DNA from: Candidatus Helarchaeota archaeon
Lineage (GTDB): Archaea > Asgardarchaeota > Lokiarchaeia > Helarchaeales > RDOG01
Direction of reading: 5' to 3'
Assembly: GCA_019058315.1 (NCBI GenBank)
Contig: JAHPZH010000001.1
Span: 913,432-977,431, forward strand
Length of the DNA stretch: 64,000 nt
Shown: piece after piece, positions 47,187 through 57,445 of the stretch
Layout: each line of letters opens with the position of its first letter
Numbering within the stretch: position 1 is the first letter of the stretch
Program-made: the position numbers and the translations under genes
The notes under the pieces: generated by a model
What the model was told of the DNA's origin: nothing
The model's database searches: none
Seen by the model: the letters and a program-made list of their open reading frames with translations, nothing else

Positions 47187-50100
47187 ATGCCTAAAGGAAA
47201 AAAAACAACAAAAAAGAAGGAAAAGATAAAAAAACAAGTAAAAAGAAAGAAAAAAAGTAAAACCACAAAGAAAAAGAAAACCGAAACGCAACAAAGAAAG
47301 CCTTTAGCAGAGATGTCAGCAGAAGAAAGAGAAAAAAAGGTGATTTTTCGAGGACAGACAATTTCACTTGAAGAGCAATATGCTCTTGAAGATTTGGAAA
47401 AAGAACTTAATATGAAAATTGGTAAATTCACAAGGATAGAGTATAAACAATTTGGATTTTTTGCTCATAATGGAAGTGTCAGGAACTTAGAGATTCGAAA
47501 TGTGGGATTAAAGAAAGTACCAGAATCAATTGGTCTTCTGAAGTCTCTAAAAGACCTGACTCTAAGTTATAATACATTAAAGATTCTTCCAGAGTCGATT
47601 GGGGATCTCGAATCGCTTGAAGTACTCTATTTACATGGTAATCAATTGACAACTTTACCGAAATCAATGTTGAAATTATCTAATCTACGAGGTATAAAGA
47701 TTGAAGAAAAAAATGTTCCAAATAACAATCCATTGGATAAAGCTTCTCAAAAACTCTTGGCACAATTGAGAGAGAGAACAAGTAAAAGGATCGAAAAAAA
47801 GCCGATTACAGATAAATATCAAGGAATAACGGTCACAGTTGAGGAAAAGAAATCGTTGAAGGATCTTGAAAAATTAATTAAAAAGCCAATCCCCTACCAA
47901 TCTGTCCCCCAAAGAGTTTATGCATTAAACATTCCATTCGATTCCAGAAGAGTTAATTATGATTTCGGGTTTAGAACTTCAGGGGGGAATATTATTGGAT
48001 TAGGTTTGCAGGAATTAGAATCACTCCCGGAGTCTATATCTCAATTAAAATGGCTCAAAGGATTGAGATTAACAGATAGCAATTTTAAAGCTCTCCCGGA
48101 ATCGGTTTTTAGTCTAAATTTACTCATCTTCCTAACTCTTAGTAATAATCAATTGATTAAAATCCAAGATTCCATCAAAAACTTGCAATTGCTCGAACGA
48201 CTAGATTTGAGTAATAACCAGTTAAAAACTCTTCCAGAGTCCATTGATAATTTAATTTCACTTCGAAGTTTATTTTTAAATAATAATGAACTAACTCAAC
48301 TACCCGATTCGATTACTAAGTTAAAGGAACTTCAAACTCTACATTTACATAATAACAAGTTGAAAACTCTCCCTGATTCGATTGGTGAATTAGAAAAAAT
48401 CAGGGATTTGAAATTAAACGATAATCTATTAGAAGAACTTCCAAAATCAATTCGTAAAATAAAGGATGTTAGTAATCTAAATCTATCTAACAATAAATTT
48501 TCTATTATCTCTAATGCTATTGGAGCATTCAAATCCCTCTATAAACTAAATTTAAGTAATAATCAGTTGGAGTCACTCCCCGAATCGATTGGAAAACTTA
48601 AATCTCTTGAAATATTAGATTTAAGTAATAATCAGTTAAAAAGTCTTCCTGAATCGTTTGGAAAATTGGGAAAACTCCTTGAATTAAATTTAGAGAATAA
48701 TCAATTAACGACTCTCCCCGATTCTTTTACCAAACCAGAGTCTTTTGGTAATATGAGATGGTTCCGTACCTTAGATTTAAGTAATAACCAATTAACAAAA
48801 TTACCAGAGGACATTGGTAACTTAGTGGAACTTACGACCTTGGATTTAAGTAACAATCAAATAACGACACTGCCTGAATCCTTATTAAAACTTTCCGAAT
48901 TGCATTTAATAATCTCTAACAACCCATTATCTAAAAAAGCTTTTAAAATCCTTGATAAGATGGAAAAAACAGGTGCCAGAATAGAAAGGACTGAACTTGC
49001 AAAGTTATCCATGAAATATCGAGGTAAGAAGGTTGCCTTTGAGGAAAAAGAAGCGCTCGAGAGTTTGGAAAAAGTTGTCAAAGGTGAGCGCATTACTTGC
49101 GTCATAAAAGAGCCTCACATTAATAGAATAAACTTATCTAATAAAGGGTTAACAACTTTTCCCGATATTATAACTAAATTTAAATTCCTTACTTCTCTGG
49201 ATTTATCTGATAACCAGTTAACGGTGCTTCCTGAGTCAATTGGTAATTTGAAATTGCTCAATTATCTTAATTTAAGTAATAACAAATTGACAACACTCCC
49301 CGATTCAATTGAAAATTTGAATTCGCTTAATAGACTTCAATTATCAAATAACAAATTGGAAAAACTACCTAATACAATAGGTAAACTAAAATCACTCAAG
49401 ATTTTGATGTTACAAAATAATCAACTAGCAACTCTCCCTGATTCCATTGGTGATCTTACCTCCCTCTCCACTTTACATGTTGAATATAACATTCTGACAA
49501 ATGTTCCAGAGTCAATTGGTAAATTAAAAAATCTTCTTGAATTTGAATTGAGTTTTAATAAATTAAAGACGATACCGAAATCAATAGGTATTCTGGAATC
49601 TCTTAGAGAATTACATTTAGGGATGAATGATTTAATAACTCTTCCCCCATTATCAAACTTAAATAAACTCAAGATATTATATTTAAGGGGTAACGAATCA
49701 TTAACATTACCGAAATCGATATCAGAGCTCAAAAACGTAATAGTTGATAGTATGATAGTACTGAGTGAGTCGAAGATAAAAACCTTAAATTTGAGTAAAT
49801 TGAAGGAATTCTTGCGTTTGGAAGAAGGTAGCTGTGGACAAGAAAGTGGGAAACCTAGTGTTACAATTGATGAGAAGTTCATCGGTCCTTGGCTTTGGAT
49901 AAAGGCACGCGTGGAAACTGAAGGGAAGGAGTGGACTCCATCTACCGATCGCGCTAGTGGAGATGATGTTAGTTGTACTACAGGATACGACTGGGTAGGT
50001 TTGGCTGAGACCGTACCAACGAATATTTTTCTCCCCAAAGAACTAGATCATTGGGCTGTTTATAAAACATGGCACTCATATGAATATTGTGACTGGGCTC

Positions 50101-50288
50101 GATATGAGAGTGGGAGTTGGGTAAAGGACGTTTCAGAAGACGGAAAAGTGACTATAGTAAAGGCAATTGAATATTTTAGCGAAAACCCTGATTGCATGGA
50201 ATATGTTCAACTAGAAAAACCAATAAATTCCACTATAAAACCCAAAAAGAAGGTCAAAACCAAGAAAAAAACTAAAGCTAAGGAATAG
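47187..50288 (+). CDS. Large leucine-rich repeat protein (3 cap+LRR blocks, Lys-rich termini, unique C-terminal domain)
   Basis: Many 23-aa LRRs; N-terminal block highly similar to the upstream gene. Confidence 0.92.
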   Translation: MPKGKKTTKKKEKIKKQVKRKKKSKTTKKKKTETQQRKPLAEMSAEEREKKVIFRGQTISLEEQYALEDLEKELNMKIGKFTRIEYKQFGFFAHNGSVRNLEIRNVGLKKVPESIGLLKSLKDLTLSYNTLKILPESIGDLESLEVLYLHGNQLTTLPKSMLKLSNLRGIKIEEKNVPNNNPLDKASQKLLAQLRERTSKRIEKKPITDKYQGITVTVEEKKSLKDLEKLIKKPIPYQSVPQRVYALNIPFDSRRVNYDFGFRTSGGNIIGLGLQELESLPESISQLKWLKGLRLTDSNFKALPESVFSLNLLIFLTLSNNQLIKIQDSIKNLQLLERLDLSNNQLKTLPESIDNLISLRSLFLNNNELTQLPDSITKLKELQTLHLHNNKLKTLPDSIGELEKIRDLKLNDNLLEELPKSIRKIKDVSNLNLSNNKFSIISNAIGAFKSLYKLNLSNNQLESLPESIGKLKSLEILDLSNNQLKSLPESFGKLGKLLELNLENNQLTTLPDSFTKPESFGNMRWFRTLDLSNNQLTKLPEDIGNLVELTTLDLSNNQITTLPESLLKLSELHLIISNNPLSKKAFKILDKMEKTGARIERTELAKLSMKYRGKKVAFEEKEALESLEKVVKGERITCVIKEPHINRINLSNKGLTTFPDIITKFKFLTSLDLSDNQLTVLPESIGNLKLLNYLNLSNNKLTTLPDSIENLNSLNRLQLSNNKLEKLPNTIGKLKSLKILMLQNNQLATLPDSIGDLTSLSTLHVEYNILTNVPESIGKLKNLLEFELSFNKLKTIPKSIGILESLRELHLGMNDLITLPPLSNLNKLKILYLRGNESLTLPKSISELKNVIVDSMIVLSESKIKTLNLSKLKEFLRLEEGSCGQESGKPSVTIDEKFIGPWLWIKARVETEGKEWTPSTDRASGDDVSCTTGYDWVGLAETVPTNIFLPKELDHWAVYKTWHSYEYCDWARYESGSWVKDVSEDGKVTIVKAIEYFSENPDCMEYVQLEKPINSTIKPKKKVKTKKKTKAKE

Positions 50289-50505
50289 ATTAGTTAAAAA
50301 AAGCAGTATATTGGCGTATTTTTATTCCCTGTATTCCAAATAATATATTTTTCATCTATACTCTAGAGATTATTTAAATATAGAAAAATCGTCTTTTTAT
50401 TTCTCTTGAAGCATTACCCTGCCAAATTTAATAAAAATCAAAATAGAAAAATTAATTTTATAAAAAAAAATTAGAAAATACAGATGAAATTGAATCATTG
50501 AACAA

Positions 50506-50673
50506 CTAGTGTTGTGTAGTCAAAAAGATTAGCATAGCTAAAGCTCCCAAAGTTCCAAAATACCAGTCAGAGCGAGATAGGTTAGAAACAGTCCATAAGT
50601 ACACACCGAGAAATGCAATTCCTATTGATAATCCAAGTAATATATAACTTAATATTTCTTTAAATTCTACCAT
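50506..50673 (-). CDS. 55-aa two-TM microprotein (not in ORF track)
   Basis: GAGG SD; MVEFKEILSYILLGLSIGIAFLGVYLWTVSNLSRSDWYFGTLGALAMLIFLTTQH. Confidence 0.7.
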   Translation of the reverse strand: MVEFKEILSYILLGLSIGIAFLGVYLWTVSNLSRSDWYFGTLGALAMLIFLTTQH

Positions 50674-50687
50674 ATTTTTTCATTCCT

Positions 50688-50849
50688 CTAACTGGTAATT
50701 ATATAATGTAACGCAGTAAAAACTAAAGCTATTGTGATAATGGATACTTTGGAGATTTCAGATAAATTGAAAAAAGCTAATAGGAAGGTCACGAATGCAA
50801 TTGAACTAAATATTATTATTAAAATACTGATGAATTCATTTCGTTCCAT
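50688..50849 (-). CDS. 53-aa two-TM microprotein
   Basis: GGTGG SD before ATG 50849; MERNEFISILIII...LHYIITS. Confidence 0.7.
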   Translation of the reverse strand: MERNEFISILIIIFSSIAFVTFLLAFFNLSEISKVSIITIALVFTALHYIITS

Positions 50850-50865
50850 ATATACCACCACTGGC

Positions 50866-51027
50866 TTAGCCACCGAACCCCTTAAACATGAGATATAGAA
50901 GAATTGGGAATATTAAGCTTAATATTTGGTTTAAATTTGAAGCGATTCTTATACCTAAAAATGCAAAGACTAATGCTGCTGATGTAATGCCTAAAGCTAT
51001 GATAGTTAGTACATCTTCCCGTTCCAT
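50866..51027 (-). CDS. 53-aa two-TM microprotein
   Basis: GGAGG SD before ATG 51027; MEREDVLTIIALG...FKGFGG. Confidence 0.7.
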   Translation of the reverse strand: MEREDVLTIIALGITSAALVFAFLGIRIASNLNQILSLIFPILLYLMFKGFGG

Positions 51028-51028
51028 A

Positions 51029-51226
51029 TTAACTTCCTCCTTCAACAAAAACTCTGAATAACCATGGACCATAAGCTGTTGTGTAAGATGTATAATACTG
51101 TCCAATAGTAGCTAGACGAGAAATTTGGAGTAACATCATGATTCCAAGAACAACAGTTGCTATTAAAACTCCGGTTAAAATATATCTTAAAATATTTGAT
51201 AAAATATCTGATGTTTCTGATGACAT
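51029..51226 (-). CDS. 65-aa membrane microprotein
   Basis: One clear TM helix; stop abuts the next ATG. Confidence 0.6.
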   Translation of the reverse strand: MSSETSDILSNILRYILTGVLIATVVLGIMMLLQISRLATIGQYYTSYTTAYGPWLFRVFVEGGS

Positions 51227-51303
51227 AATATAATTTTAAATATTGAAATATTTAAAATTTCAGTTTAAATAAAAATATTATATGTTAAAAAAAAGTATTT
51301 GAT

Positions 51304-52131
51304 ATGGTTATTATGCAAAGATTATTAAATAAAGTAGCTTTAATAACGGGCGGTGCTTCGGGTATTGGACATGGAATTGCAAGAAAATTTGCACAAGAAG
51401 GTGCCGATATAATTATTTCTGATATTTTTTTACGCTCTCCTGACGAAGTTGAAAAAATAAAAGCTGAACTTAAATCCGAAATAAAATCTTTTGGTCGGGA
51501 TGCTTTAATTTTAAAGGTTGATGTAACAAACAGTGATCAAGTTCAAGAAATGGTAAAACAATCAATTGAAAAATTCAATAAAATTGATATTTTGATAAAT
51601 AATGCGGGTATAATGCCTCCATCAGCGTTAAGAAGTATTACACATATAAAAGAAGAAGATTGGAAACGTATACTTGACGTCAACTTGAATGGTGTCTTTC
51701 TTTGTTCGAAATATGTGGCTAAAAAAATGATTAAACAAAAGGATAAATCAAATCCTAATAAAATTCGAGGTAGAATAATCAGTATGTCCTCTGTTGAAGG
51801 CCGACAAGGTCAACCATTAATGGGTCCTTATTGTGTTTCAAAATCTGGTGTAATTTCTTTAACTCAGACCTTAGCCAAAGAATTAGGATCAAAACATATT
51901 TTGGTAAATGCAATCTGCCCTGGTTTGGTGAAAACTCCATTATTAGGTCCACTTGCGGATATGTATCTTGATGAAAAAGTTCTTAATGATCAATTCAAGT
52001 TAGTACCTATTATTGACCGTTATGCATTACCTGAAGATATAGCAAAGATGGCAACTTTTCTAGCATCAGACGAATCTAGCTATATTACAGGACAGGCAAT
52101 TAATGTTTGTGGAGGAATGCAATTCTATTGA
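51304..52131 (+). CDS. SDR-family NAD(P)-dependent oxidoreductase (FabG-like)
   Basis: TGGASGIG, NNAG, YCVSK, VNAICPG, ITGQAINVCGG. Confidence 0.93.
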   Translation: MVIMQRLLNKVALITGGASGIGHGIARKFAQEGADIIISDIFLRSPDEVEKIKAELKSEIKSFGRDALILKVDVTNSDQVQEMVKQSIEKFNKIDILINNAGIMPPSALRSITHIKEEDWKRILDVNLNGVFLCSKYVAKKMIKQKDKSNPNKIRGRIISMSSVEGRQGQPLMGPYCVSKSGVISLTQTLAKELGSKHILVNAICPGLVKTPLLGPLADMYLDEKVLNDQFKLVPIIDRYALPEDIAKMATFLASDESSYITGQAINVCGGMQFY

Positions 52132-52165
52132 TTGCATTTTTTAATGTTCAAATTAAATTTTTTAG

Positions 52166-53305
52166 ATGATTTGTATGGCTGAAACGGATTATTACGAGTT
52201 GGTAAGAGAAAAATTAACACTTGGTCCTATATTCGCTCCAAAGCATGAAAAAACCATTGAAGTTATGAAAATCCTTTGGAATGAGGAAGAAATTAAAATT
52301 CTCTCCCATTTTCCTAAAGCTGGAAAGAATATTTCAATAAGAAAATTATCTGCAATAGAAGGAATGCCATCACCAGAAAAACTTAAGACAATTTTAAATA
52401 AACTATCAGAAAAAGGGACTATATCTCAAAGTGGAACACGCTTTGGATTAATTCCACTTGCCCCAGGTGTTTTTGAAAAATATTTTCTTGCTCAAAAAGA
52501 TTCAAAGGAAAATATGTCAAGAATAGCCGTTATATTTCGCCAATTTTTTGATGAAGTCATACCACAATTAGTACTTAAAAATGATTTTCAATTACTCCGT
52601 CCTCTACTTCCATATGAGTCCCAAAGTAAAAAATTAATTGAAATTGATAAAACAATTGAGCATAAAACTAAGGTGCTCCCCTTCGAATTAGTAGAAGAAT
52701 TAATCAATAAATATGATATATTTGCTGTTGTGCCTTGTCAATGTAGATTATTAGGTAAATATGCGGGTGAACCTTGTGAATTAGTCTCTGAAGAAGATGG
52801 ATGTTTATTTGGCGGAATTGCAGCTGAAGGTATTTTAAGCACGGGACAAGGAAGAAAACTAAATAGAGAAGAAGCAATTGAATACGTTAAGAAATGTGAA
52901 AAAGCAGGTCTTGTTCATAATACTGTAGATGATATTTCTGGGGAATCTCAATTATTTATTTGTAACTGCTGCAGTTGCCATTGTGGAGTTTTATATCCTG
53001 CAAAGAAACACAGAGTTAAATCTTTAAGCCCTAGTAATTTTTCACCAATAATTAACAATGAACTCTGTGTAAAATGTGAAATATGCATGGAAAAATGTCC
53101 TATGGGTGCAATTTATCATATTTATCCCAATAAAACCGACTCATCAGATGAACATATGTTAATCAGGAAAGATTTTTGTATTGGATGCGGAGTATGTGCT
53201 ATTAACTGCCCTAACAATGCGATAGTCCTTGAAAAAACTAAGGATGACGTTCCTCAGAAAAAATTAACATTTGAAAATAAGAGTTTCTTAGAATTATTCT
53301 TGTAA
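52166..53305 (+). CDS. HTH + 4Fe-4S binding protein
   Basis: CQCR, GLVH, ICNCCSCHC, CVKCEICMEKCP, CIGCGVCAINCP. Confidence 0.85.
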   Translation: MICMAETDYYELVREKLTLGPIFAPKHEKTIEVMKILWNEEEIKILSHFPKAGKNISIRKLSAIEGMPSPEKLKTILNKLSEKGTISQSGTRFGLIPLAPGVFEKYFLAQKDSKENMSRIAVIFRQFFDEVIPQLVLKNDFQLLRPLLPYESQSKKLIEIDKTIEHKTKVLPFELVEELINKYDIFAVVPCQCRLLGKYAGEPCELVSEEDGCLFGGIAAEGILSTGQGRKLNREEAIEYVKKCEKAGLVHNTVDDISGESQLFICNCCSCHCGVLYPAKKHRVKSLSPSNFSPIINNELCVKCEICMEKCPMGAIYHIYPNKTDSSDEHMLIRKDFCIGCGVCAINCPNNAIVLEKTKDDVPQKKLTFENKSFLELFL

Positions 53306-53425
53306 AAAAAGATAGATATTAAAAATGGACAAAAATTAAATATGGGAAAATAAAAAAAATGGAATTTTGTTTTCATTAATACAACATCATAAGAAAAAAA
53401 AAAATGGTAATTTAAACAATTTATT

Positions 53426-54451
53426 TTAAGCTGTTTTTGGAGTTTGAGGTTCACTTTTATAATTTATAATTCTATTTGTTTCAGGAACTATGATATTTTT
53501 TTTTAATTTTGTTTGTTGGTAATTAGAAAGATCAGTTTTTAAAGTTTCTGCAATTTCTCCTAGTTTACTAGATGTAGCTGAAATTTCTTCTATTGATGCT
53601 ATTTGTTCTTCAATAGAAGATGTTATTTCCTCCATAGAACTTGAGTTTTGTTCACTTAAAGCTAAAACTGATTGAATTTCATTTGTAATATTTCCAATAA
53701 GCATTACTGTTTTTTCAATTTGTTCTATAATATCCTTTATTCGATTTGAAGAATTGAGAACAGATTTTTTAGATTCTTCAGCGAGCTTACGGACTTCATC
53801 TGCAACAACTGCAAAGCCTCTACCATGTTCTCCTGCGCGTCCAGCTTCAATACTTGCATTTAATGCTAATAAATTTGTTTGTTCCGAAATATTTGTGATT
53901 ATATTCATAATATTACGAATCTCATCTGAAGAAATTAAGACATTATTTGCTTGCAGTTCTATATCTTTTGCCATAGTGTTAATATTTGTAATTTGTTTTA
54001 CTGTACTTTGAGTATTCAAGTTAATTTCTTGTGAAGTTGCACCGATTTCTTCCGAAGATGCATTGACCTCACTTGCACTAGCTGCTAATTCGGTTGCCAT
54101 ATTTGCTACATTTATTGAAATCTGCATTGAACTCTCTTGTCTGTTACTAAGCTCATTTTTCTGATTCCGAACTACATTCCAAATATAATTAGAGGTCCAA
54201 AATACCAAAATAGCACCACTAGGAATAATAAATAAGACAGAAATCAAACTATTCTGAAAAATGCCTAAAATTAAAAACACACATTCACTAAATAATATCA
54301 CATTCAACCACGTAAAGGCAGCTACCTTAAACTCCAGCAAACCTTGATCCCTTCCTGATCGGAGATAGAAAAAGATTATTACTATTGCTGCCATTAAGCC
54401 TGCTATTAACATTTCGTACGGGATTGGAATCGATAACGCATTTTCTTCCAC
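53426..54451 (-). CDS. Methyl-accepting chemotaxis-like protein (3 TM + signalling domain)
   Basis: [40 protein letters not shown] hairpin tip. Confidence 0.9.
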   Translation of the reverse strand: MEENALSIPIPYEMLIAGLMAAIVIIFFYLRSGRDQGLLEFKVAAFTWLNVILFSECVFLILGIFQNSLISVLFIIPSGAILVFWTSNYIWNVVRNQKNELSNRQESSMQISINVANMATELAASASEVNASSEEIGATSQEINLNTQSTVKQITNINTMAKDIELQANNVLISSDEIRNIMNIITNISEQTNLLALNASIEAGRAGEHGRGFAVVADEVRKLAEESKKSVLNSSNRIKDIIEQIEKTVMLIGNITNEIQSVLALSEQNSSSMEEITSSIEEQIASIEEISATSSKLGEIAETLKTDLSNYQQTKLKKNIIVPETNRIINYKSEPQTPKTA

Positions 54452-54911
54452 TATTCTCCACCAACTTCTAATAATTTATGGTCTTTTTGAATTTATTATT
54501 TGTCAAATTTCTTTATTATGAATTGTTAGCATTATTTAAAGATTAAAGTAAAGCTCGATTGAGTGGAATATTAGTCTAAAGTCAATTGAATTTTATTTAA
54601 AATATTACAATTAAAAATTGTTAAACTATTAAGTATGAATGAGAGATTGTGTATAGATACAATCCTTAAAATATAAAACAAAGACATTGAAATTGGTAAA
54701 CAGCATTTAAGCAAATTAAATATAATTTATTAAACTTTAATTTTGTATTTCTTAATATTTTAAACGCAAACGAAAATTTAAAGCTTTATAGTTAATTAAT
54801 TAATTTTTAAATTTCATATAATGCTTTAACTTTAGGAGCTTCTATTATTTTTCCATGAAAATCTTTCATTTCGCTTATTTTTGAAGGTTCGCAAATTCAT
54901 AATTCATTAAA

Positions 54912-55874
54912 TTATTTAAAAAGCTTAAGAAAATCTGGATTTTTCCATAATTTTTTAAAATATTTAGAAGTTTTAATACTTTCAAATGCAGGGTGCCCTG
55001 TTCTTTTAGCTTGTTTCAGATAGTAAATTACATTATCTATTTCATCTTTTTTCAAGTAGTACCATGCAATATTTTCAAAAATAACTGGATGTATTTTATC
55101 TATTTTGTCAAAGGCTTCAGTTATGATTTCTTCGAGAGTTTCATCAATTTTATCAGCAACTATGTAAGCATCTGTCATATTTACATAAAGTGTAGGAATA
55201 ATTTCACGATCTTCTTTATTCCAATAGTCTTTCGTTAATTTTAAGGCTATATCACTTGCTTCTTTTGTTTCTTTTCTGTTTAACGCATAAATTACATTGG
55301 ATAGTGAATATGGATTATTTAAGATTTTATCATTTTTTAAACATATATCAACGTATTTATCTATAATATCTTGCTTGCCTAAGGGAAATGCAGCATAAAA
55401 AATACCCGTAATGTACATCGGTGTGTATTTTGGGTGAAAAGGTTTTTGTTCGACTCCTTTTCCAAATACATTTATTGCTTCTTTCAATTTTTTCTTGTAT
55501 GAATAAATAACTCCCAAGATATTATATAATTCATGAGGACAATTAGGTAAATCGAAGGCTAGCTCCATAATTTGTGTCCCTAACTTTAAATTTGATTTAC
55601 TAGATTCTTTTACAACACTATAATAATCTTGAGTTATTATTTGTACATTCGCTACATTTTTACCAATTTTATATAATTCTTCAGCTCTCTCATCAAGAGG
55701 AATATCCTTAATATATTCTTTTATATATTGAATTGGATCCTTCAATTTTTTAATTTCTTCGACACTTTTTAATTTCATTTTTATTTTCCCTTTTTTTGTA
55801 ACTTTCTTCACTTTTTTAGTGACTTTCTTTCCTTTTTTTGAAATTTTCTTTTTACTTTTTGTAATTTTATTCAT
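54912..55874 (-). CDS. TPR protein with Lys-rich N-tail and TPR end-of-group-like C-terminus
   Basis: LYNILGVIY...EAINVF; ENIAWYY...YLKQA..G...I....YF..LW.NPDF. Confidence 0.7.
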   Translation of the reverse strand: MNKITKSKKKISKKGKKVTKKVKKVTKKGKIKMKLKSVEEIKKLKDPIQYIKEYIKDIPLDERAEELYKIGKNVANVQIITQDYYSVVKESSKSNLKLGTQIMELAFDLPNCPHELYNILGVIYSYKKKLKEAINVFGKGVEQKPFHPKYTPMYITGIFYAAFPLGKQDIIDKYVDICLKNDKILNNPYSLSNVIYALNRKETKEASDIALKLTKDYWNKEDREIIPTLYVNMTDAYIVADKIDETLEEIITEAFDKIDKIHPVIFENIAWYYLKKDEIDNVIYYLKQAKRTGHPAFESIKTSKYFKKLWKNPDFLKLFK

Positions 55875-55899
55875 CCTCCTATTTCATAGATCATTAATC

Positions 55900-57342
55900 T
55901 CATGTTGTTACATCACAACCTTTCTTCTTCAAGTCTGATATCCATTTTTTTATCTTGCTCGGCAACTTGCTTGTTGACATGAGTGGAGTAGATCGTAAAT
56001 TCAATTGTTTAAGTGAGGTTAAATTACCAATTGACTCTGGGAGTTTAGATAAATTTTTATTATATTTTAGGTGAAGATGTGTAAGGTTAGTAAGATTTCC
56101 AATAGAATCAGGAAGATTGGTTAATTGGTTGGAAGATAAATCGAGTCCTTGAAGTGAATTTAAATTACCTATTTCCTCGGGAAGTGTAGTTAATTTGTTA
56201 CTCTCTAAACTCAACATTCGAAGTAAAGGTAAATCGCCAATCGTCTTAGGTAGAGAAGTCAATTCGTTATTCTTCAGTATTAGTATTTCAATCGCCTTTA
56301 GATTCCCAATCTCATTAGGAAGAGTAGATAATTTATTATTCTCAAGCCCTAATAGCTTAAGGGATTTTAAACCACCTATTGACTTTGGTAGACTCTCTAA
56401 ATGATTATTGTCTAAAAAGCATTCTTTCATATTCTCTAAATTACCAAATGACTCTGGAAGTTCTGTTACATAATTTTGTTGTATATCGAATAAATAAAGG
56501 TCCTTTAAATTTCCAATTACATCAGGAAGTGCGCTCAATCCCCTTCCTGCCAATCCAACTCCATTTACATGCTCTTTTTTTATCATTATTCCAACCATAC
56601 CCGCCTCGATGAACTCAACAACATTTAGTTCTCTCCTAATTAAATCTTCTAACACTTCAATTACTTCAATTTCATAAGCGGGTAATTTTATTCCACGAAA
56701 ATCTTTCATATCTTTTATTAATTCTTTTTCTTTAATCTCAGATATTAAAATTTCTCCATTCACATTTTTAGGGGGTTTAGCGAAATTTTGACTTTTTAGC
56801 ACCTTAATTACATCCGGGAATTTTTTCCTATCATTCTTACAAACTACACTAAACAATATATATGGCCCAATAAAACATCTCTTTAAACTAGTTTCGTATT
56901 CTTTATTGTTTTTAGGTATCATTTTATTCAATTGTTGGTCTAATGCCTCAAAGAATTTAGGAATCTTTTCCCAGCCATATTTCGGGTCAAATGTTATTTG
57001 AAAAGATTTTCCCTCAACAACATTCAATTTTATGATTCCCTTAAATGGAATGATTCCTTTAATTTCCATACGAGAATTTCCTTTAATTGCCAACGATCCT
57101 TTCTTATACAATTCAATATAACTATCATAAATACTGAAATTGAGCTCTGTAGGGGGAAAAACAAACTTTATATTTTCTTTATCCTCTGCATCAGCTCCCA
57201 GAATCAATAACGCAGTGCCTTCTCTAAAAGTTATAAGAGGTGAATCTTTTTTTAAGACTTTCTTCTCTTTTTTTATCACTTTCTTTCCTTTTTTAGAGGT
57301 CTTTTTCTTTTTTTTTGTAACTTTCTTGCTTTTTTTTGGAAT
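55900..57342 (-). CDS. Leucine-rich repeat protein with Lys-rich N-tail; start proposed at ATT 57342
   Basis: C-terminal 23-aa LRRs after a cap; frame open upstream of GTG 57279 encoding PKKSKKVTKKKKKTSKKGKK, preceded by GGGAG. Confidence 0.85.
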   Translation of the reverse strand: MPKKSKKVTKKKKKTSKKGKKVIKKEKKVLKKDSPLITFREGTALLILGADAEDKENIKFVFPPTELNFSIYDSYIELYKKGSLAIKGNSRMEIKGIIPFKGIIKLNVVEGKSFQITFDPKYGWEKIPKFFEALDQQLNKMIPKNNKEYETSLKRCFIGPYILFSVVCKNDRKKFPDVIKVLKSQNFAKPPKNVNGEILISEIKEKELIKDMKDFRGIKLPAYEIEVIEVLEDLIRRELNVVEFIEAGMVGIMIKKEHVNGVGLAGRGLSALPDVIGNLKDLYLFDIQQNYVTELPESFGNLENMKECFLDNNHLESLPKSIGGLKSLKLLGLENNKLSTLPNEIGNLKAIEILILKNNELTSLPKTIGDLPLLRMLSLESNKLTTLPEEIGNLNSLQGLDLSSNQLTNLPDSIGNLTNLTHLHLKYNKNLSKLPESIGNLTSLKQLNLRSTPLMSTSKLPSKIKKWISDLKKKGCDVTT

Positions 57343-57445
57343 TATAATCGTCTCCCAATTTAAACAATTAGTAATTATTAAATGGATATTGATTTAATCT
57401 TTTCCGAAAAAATAAAAATAAGTAAATTTTTTGTATAAAAAAAGT

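Noticed and set aside
46080-49700. 69-bp-period DNA repeats (e.g. tcgattgg..a, ttaagtaataa) as possible CRISPR or DGR repeats
   Set aside because: Explained by 23-aa LRR coding repeats; no spacers, cas or reverse transcriptase in the window
46496-50038. Long antisense ORFs over the LRR genes (46496..47020, 49421..50038 and others)
   Set aside because: Shadow frames of repetitive LRR codons; no SD or domain signal
50866-51105. ORF-track 79-aa and 61-aa versions of the membrane microproteins
   Set aside because: Extensions overlap the upstream genes; SD motifs support ATG starts at 51027 and 50849
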